This document shows positions 59,843 to 64,000 of a stretch of 64,000 nt of DNA, piece after piece. The stretch lies in assembly GCA_944388135.1 (NCBI GenBank), contig CALXHP010000005.1, positions 2,812 through 66,811 on the forward strand, read 5' to 3'. The stretch's first letter is position 1, and every line of letters starts with the position of its first letter. The translations under genes were made by a program, and so were the position numbers. The DNA comes from an uncultured Gemmiger sp. (GTDB lineage Bacteria; Bacillota; Clostridia; Oscillospirales; Ruminococcaceae). The notes beneath the pieces are model-generated. The model did not search any database. It was given only the letters and a program-made list of their open reading frames with translations, and was not told the origin of the DNA.

Positions 59843-59871
59843 ATTATACCCTTTTTAGGCAGTCTGCGCAA
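59843..59871 (-). promoter_or_regulatory. Sigma-A promoter of glycan module A
   Basis: TTGCGC-17 nt-TATAAT. Confidence 0.7.
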
Positions 59872-59923
59872 GGACGGGCAGCAAAAAGCCGGGCCCTCCC
59901 CGCGGGGGAGACCCGGCCGAAAA

Positions 59924-60715
59924 TCACGGTTCTTTGGTTTGTTCCTGGAATTGTTCTTCCCGCATTTTTTTCACCCGTTCTTCGATCTGGAAGCTCTTGT
60001 CCAGCACGGGGTAGATGGCCATGAGGCTGAGCAGGGCGGGCAGCCAGGTACCGGTAATGACCACCAGCACCGAGCTGAAAGGCCAGAAAGCCAGCAGCAG
60101 CCCCCAGTACAGCAGCTGCCACACCACCCCCAGCATGGTGCGGGGCAGATACCCCAGGAAGAGGAGGATGGCGTTTTTCAGGATGCCGCCGAAGGGCATA
60201 TTCAGCAGGGCCACCTGGGCAAAAACATACTGAGCCAGACCGGTCAGGAAGATGACGCCCAGCAGCAGCGCCACCGGCAGCCAGAAGCTCTGGCCGCTGG
60301 CAAGATGATAGGCCGAGAAGATCTGCATGGCCAGCACCAGGCCCCCCAGGGCACCGGGCAGCAGGCTGGCTTTGGCGTTGCGCTTCCAGGCACGGCGGTA
60401 GGTGGTCCACCAGTAGCCCGGTTCATCCCGCAGGCTGCGCAGGATGGTGTCCTGCAGACCGCAGATCTGGGGGGCGGCGATCAGACCGCCCAGCACGCCG
60501 GCCAGCAGGGCGGGCAGCACCGCATGGCTGACGATGGAAAACCAGAGGCCGAACAAAAAGGGGACGGCGCTGAGCATACTCAGCAGGCCGGCCATCCAGA
60601 AGCTGGTCAGGTCCCGGCCCAGCAGTTCCAGAAACCGGGCGGCGCCTTTTTTGCGGGGGGTATCGGGGTCCACACCGGGGCCCGGGCGGTCGTAGTGCAT
60701 GTTGAAAAGGGGCAT
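59924..60715 (-). CDS. DUF624/YesL-family membrane protein
   Basis: GPGV..DTPRKKG..RF and YRRAWKRNAKASL, with 6 TM segments. Confidence 0.75.
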   Translation of the reverse strand: MPLFNMHYDRPGPGVDPDTPRKKGAARFLELLGRDLTSFWMAGLLSMLSAVPFLFGLWFSIVSHAVLPALLAGVLGGLIAAPQICGLQDTILRSLRDEPGYWWTTYRRAWKRNAKASLLPGALGGLVLAMQIFSAYHLASGQSFWLPVALLLGVIFLTGLAQYVFAQVALLNMPFGGILKNAILLFLGYLPRTMLGVVWQLLYWGLLLAFWPFSSVLVVITGTWLPALLSLMAIYPVLDKSFQIEERVKKMREEQFQEQTKEP

Positions 60716-60730
60716 GTTCGTTTTCTCCTT

Positions 60731-61414
60731 TTATTGTGATCCGTAACGTGCGGCACCGGATTCCGCCACCAGGTCGGGTTCCAGCCGCAGGCCGGGGCGG
60801 CGGCCTTTCTGGGCCTCCACCACAAAAAGCCAGGGAATACTGCCGGGGCGCTGGCGGGCAAAGGCCAGCCGCTTGGGTTCCAGCCGGGCGGCCCGCAAAG
60901 TGCAGAATACCTCCGCCATCTGGTCGGGCCGGTGGCAGAGGATGAACCGGCCCCCTTCCCGCAGGGCCCGGGCAGCGGCGTTCACCGCGTCGGTCAGGGT
61001 GCAGCTGTCGGTATGGCGGGCGGCGGCCCGCACCGGGTCGGGGCTGCGGGGCCCGGCGGCAAAATAGGGCGGGTTGCAGGCGGCAAAATCATACCACCCC
61101 TGGTCGGGGCCCGCCCGGCAGAAATCCCGCAGGTCGGCACACAAGGGGGTGATATGGTCCGCACCGTTTTCCGTCACCGCGGCGGCACAGAGGGCGCTGG
61201 CCTCGGGGTCCAGCTCCACCGCCGCGCAGGGGCCCCGGTGGCCTTCGTCGTGCCAGACCAGGGCCACAATGCCGCAGCCGCTGCACAGGTCCACCGCCCG
61301 CTCCCGGGGTTTGGGCCGGGCGAACCGGGCCAGCAGCAAAGCGTCGGAGCCGAAGGTGGCCCCGGGGGCGGTGTACACCAGGGTGCCCCGGTCCAGCCGC
61401 TCGGTCTTACTCAC
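60731..61414 (-). CDS. tRNA1(Val) A37 N6-methyltransferase-like protein (TrmN6/YabB)
   Basis: FGSDALLLA, VDLCSGCG, ACNPPYF, ARH and LEPKRL. Confidence 0.85.
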   Translation of the reverse strand: MSKTERLDRGTLVYTAPGATFGSDALLLARFARPKPRERAVDLCSGCGIVALVWHDEGHRGPCAAVELDPEASALCAAAVTENGADHITPLCADLRDFCRAGPDQGWYDFAACNPPYFAAGPRSPDPVRAAARHTDSCTLTDAVNAAARALREGGRFILCHRPDQMAEVFCTLRAARLEPKRLAFARQRPGSIPWLFVVEAQKGRRPGLRLEPDLVAESGAARYGSQ

Positions 61415-61952
61415 CCTGCTTTTGGCGCAGCAGCGCGTATTTCATCAAGCCCACCTGGGTCTTGGAGTCCCGGATGGTGCCGTCCAGCACCATGGCAAGG
61501 GCCTTTTCAAAAGGCATCTTCACCACGTCCAGGAACTCGTCGGGGTCCAGGTGCTGGTTCACCGGGTGGAGCCCGTCGGCGGCCCAGAGATAGATCTTCT
61601 CGCTGTCATAGCCCACGGTGGCGTAGACCACCCCCAGGTCGGTAAAGCGGTCGGCGGTCAGGCCGCACTCCTCCCCCAGTTCCCGCTTGGCCGCCTCAAA
61701 GGGGTCCTCCCCCGCTTCCAGTTTGCCGGCGGGCAGTTCCCAGATCTCTTCGCCCATGGCGTAGCGGAACTGGCGGACCATATAGACGTTTCCTTCGGCA
61801 TCCACCGGCAGGATGCAGGCCCCGCCGTGATGGTGGACCACTTCCCGGGTGCTGGTGTGGCCGTTTTCCAGCCGGACGGTGTCCAGTGTGACCCGGATGA
61901 CCCGGCCCTTGAAGATTTCTTTGCTTTCCAGTGTGGTTTCGGTATGGGGCAT
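61407..61952 (-). CDS. nudF: Nudix hydrolase, ADP-ribose pyrophosphatase
   Basis: REVVHHHG, VRQFRY, Nudix box ELPAGKLEAGEDPFEAAKRELGEECG, LDPDEF and IRDSKT. Confidence 0.88.
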   Translation of the reverse strand: MPHTETTLESKEIFKGRVIRVTLDTVRLENGHTSTREVVHHHGGACILPVDAEGNVYMVRQFRYAMGEEIWELPAGKLEAGEDPFEAAKRELGEECGLTADRFTDLGVVYATVGYDSEKIYLWAADGLHPVNQHLDPDEFLDVVKMPFEKALAMVLDGTIRDSKTQVGLMKYALLRQKQGE

Positions 61953-62165
61953 AGTGCAAGGCTCCTTTGCGGTTGGTTTTGGCATGAACCTATTGTACCG
62001 CAGCCGCGGTCAGGAATCAACCGCATTCTGTGCAGAAGTTGTACCGCCGTGCAGGCCTGTTCCCCTCTTTGAGTGAGATATAACCAAAGCGGGGCCCGCA
62101 TTGCTGCGAGCCCCGCTCTGGTTGGTATAGGAAAATAAGGGAATGGTAAAGAAAGGGACGGCTAC

Positions 62166-62852
62166 TTACACGATCTTGCGGGATTTGTGCACGCCGGTCT
62201 TGAGGAACTCCACCCATTCGGCCACGTTGACGGCGTGGTCGCCCAGGCGTTCCAGGTATTTGCTGATCATGAAGAGGTCCAGAGCGGTCTCGGCCTGGTC
62301 CGGGTGGGCGGCAATGTACTGGGCGACCTCGCCGCTGATCTTGCGGAACATGGCGTCGCACTCGTCGTCCCGGGCAATGACCTGGGCCGCCACCGACAGG
62401 TCCACCTGCACATAAGCGCCGATGGCGTCCTTGACCATACGCAGGGCGATGGCGCCCATCTTGTCCAGGTCTTCCAGCACGCCCACACCTTGGGCGCCCT
62501 CGGTTTTCAGGTGCAGCGTGATCTCGGCGATGTCGCTGGCCTGGTCGGCGATGCGCTCGATGTCGGTGACCATTTTAAGGGCCGTGGAGACTTTGCGCAG
62601 GTCCCCGGCCACCGGCTGCTGGCGCAAAAACAGCGTCAGGCAGCGGTGTTCGATCTCGTGTTCGGCGGCGTCGATCTCGCTGTCCCGGGCAATGACCCCC
62701 CGGGCCAGCTCCACATCGCCGGTGCGCAGGGCGGTCATGGCGCTCTCGATGGCGCCGCCTGCCGCGTGGCCCATCCGGGCCAGCATCGTGTCAAGCTGCA
62801 TCAGTTCGGCGTCGTAGACCTTGCGGCTGCTGTAGGGCATAGTAAAAGCCAT
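62166..62852 (-). CDS. phoU: Phosphate signalling complex protein PhoU
   Basis: QQPVAGDLR, DIERIADQA and YLERLGDHAVNVAE. Confidence 0.95.
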   Translation of the reverse strand: MAFTMPYSSRKVYDAELMQLDTMLARMGHAAGGAIESAMTALRTGDVELARGVIARDSEIDAAEHEIEHRCLTLFLRQQPVAGDLRKVSTALKMVTDIERIADQASDIAEITLHLKTEGAQGVGVLEDLDKMGAIALRMVKDAIGAYVQVDLSVAAQVIARDDECDAMFRKISGEVAQYIAAHPDQAETALDLFMISKYLERLGDHAVNVAEWVEFLKTGVHKSRKIV

Positions 62853-62867
62853 AATTTTCTCCTTCCA

Positions 62868-63620
62868 TCAACCGAAACGGCCGGAGATGTAATCTTCGGT
62901 GCGTTTGTCCACCGGGGTGGCAAAGACGCTCTCGGTGGGGCCCATTTCCACCAGTTCACCCAGCAGGAAGAAGGCGGTCTTGTCGGAAATACGGGCTGCC
63001 TGCTGCATGTTGTGGGTGACCATGATGATGGTGTAGTTTTCTTTCAGCTCCATCGCCAGCTCTTCCACTTTGGAGGTGGAGATGGGGTCCAGGGCGGAGG
63101 TGGGCTCATCCATGAGGAGCACTTCCGGTTCCACGGCCAGGGCCCGGGCGATGCAAAGACGCTGCTGCTGACCGCCGGACATGCCCAGGGCGCTCTTGTT
63201 CAGGCGGTCCTTCACCTCGTCCCAGATGGCGGCGCCCCGCAGGGACCGCTCCACGATCTCATCCAGCTGGGCCTTGTTGTGGATGCCGTGGGTGCGCGGG
63301 CCGTAGGCGATGTTGTCATAGATGGACATGGGGAAGGGGTTGGGTTTCTGGAACACCATGCCCACCCGCTTGCGCAGCACGTTGACATCCATCTTGTCTT
63401 TGTAGATGTCCACGCCGTCCAGCAGGATATCGCCGGAAATACGGCAGCCTTCCACCAGATCGTTCATCCGGTTCAGGCTCTTCAGAAAGGTGGATTTGCC
63501 GCAGCCGGAAGGGCCGATGAAGGCGGTGATCTCCTTTTCGGGGATGGAAATATTGATATCTTTCAGGGCATGGAAGCTGCCGTAGTACAGATCCATGTTT
63601 TTGACTTCGAATTTATTCAC
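62868..63620 (-). CDS. pstB: Phosphate ABC transporter ATP-binding protein
   Basis: [33 protein letters not shown] and YISGRFG. Confidence 0.96.
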   Translation of the reverse strand: MNKFEVKNMDLYYGSFHALKDINISIPEKEITAFIGPSGCGKSTFLKSLNRMNDLVEGCRISGDILLDGVDIYKDKMDVNVLRKRVGMVFQKPNPFPMSIYDNIAYGPRTHGIHNKAQLDEIVERSLRGAAIWDEVKDRLNKSALGMSGGQQQRLCIARALAVEPEVLLMDEPTSALDPISTSKVEELAMELKENYTIIMVTHNMQQAARISDKTAFFLLGELVEMGPTESVFATPVDKRTEDYISGRFG

Positions 63621-63637
63621 GGTAGTTCCCTCTCGTT

Positions 63638-64000
63638 TCAATGTTTGGCCAGTTTGCCCGCAATGAAGCTGGACAGGCAGTTGATGGCAAGCACCAGGAC
63701 CAGCAGCACCACGGCGGTGCCGTAGGTCTCGTTCACATGCAGGCCCTCGTTGGAGAGCAGGTACATATGGACGGCCAGGGTGCGGGTGGAGCTGAAGACG
63801 CTTTCGGGGATCTTGGCCACCGAGCTGGCGGTGTAGATCAAAGCAGCGGTCTCGCCCACGATACGGCCGGTGGCCAGGATGACGCCGGACAGGATGCCGG
63901 GCATGGCGCTGGGCAGCACGATGGTAAAGACGGTGCGCAGCTTACCGGCGCCCAGACCGAAGGAGCCTTCCCGGTAGGAATCGGGCACGGCGATGAGGGC
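63638..64000 (-). CDS. pstA: Phosphate ABC transporter permease PstA (3' part; 5' end lies outside the window)
   Basis: [18 protein letters not shown] and TLAVH. The ORF runs off the window edge. Confidence 0.92.
   Translation of the reverse strand, partial: ALIAVPDSYREGSFGLGAGKLRTVFTIVLPSAMPGILSGVILATGRIVGETAALIYTASSVAKIPESVFSSTRTLAVHMYLLSNEGLHVNETYGTAVVLLVLVLAINCLSSFIAGKLAKH

Noticed and set aside
41494-59871. Glycan locus as a mobile island or phase-variable (invertible promoter) locus
   Set aside because: No integrase, recombinase, tRNA anchor or flanking direct repeats were seen, and no inverted repeats bracket the promoter. Base composition looks similar to the flanks.

Overview
A 64 kb chromosomal window from a high-GC anaerobic Firmicute. 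Gene style suggests an Oscillospiraceae such as Subdoligranulum or Gemmiger, which is an inference. The left two-thirds is mostly housekeeping: divergent aconitase and citrate synthase, azlCD, a stand-alone DnaK paralogue, hisB-glyA, a MATE transporter operon, htrA, a PcrA/UvrD helicase, pckA, araD, an aldo-keto reductase, and an ArgR-boxed arginine operon (argG, argH, argC, argJ, argB, argD, argF) with an O-acyltransferase gene inserted after argG. The right end holds trmN6, a Nudix hydrolase and pstA-pstB-phoU. The main accessory feature is an ~18 kb surface-glycan locus on the minus strand (41494-59801) in two modules. Module A (48333-59801) has three GT4s, a GT2, a beta-propeller protein, an unknown protein, a Wzx flippase, a polytopic GT-C-like protein, and an alpha-1,2-fucosyltransferase (GT11) together with an NXN-type GT6. 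The GT11 + GT6 pair is the chemistry that builds ABO blood-group-like epitopes. Module B (41494-48261) has its own predicted promoter and terminator. It encodes a polyprenol-phosphate GT2, an SDR epimerase, a nucleotidyltransferase, a GT-C-like protein, a flippase-like membrane domain fused to a kinase, and a HAD phosphatase. It looks like a self-contained system that makes an unusual NDP-sugar and attaches it outside the membrane. Other observations: a nested palindromic REP/REPIN-like element with a second copy inside the glycan operon, a candidate RNA thermometer upstream of the DnaK paralogue, a catalytically degenerate C39-like peptidase, and two GNAT fusions. No rRNA, tRNA, CRISPR array, transposase or integrase was recognised. 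All assignments come from motif recognition by eye; no database search was run.
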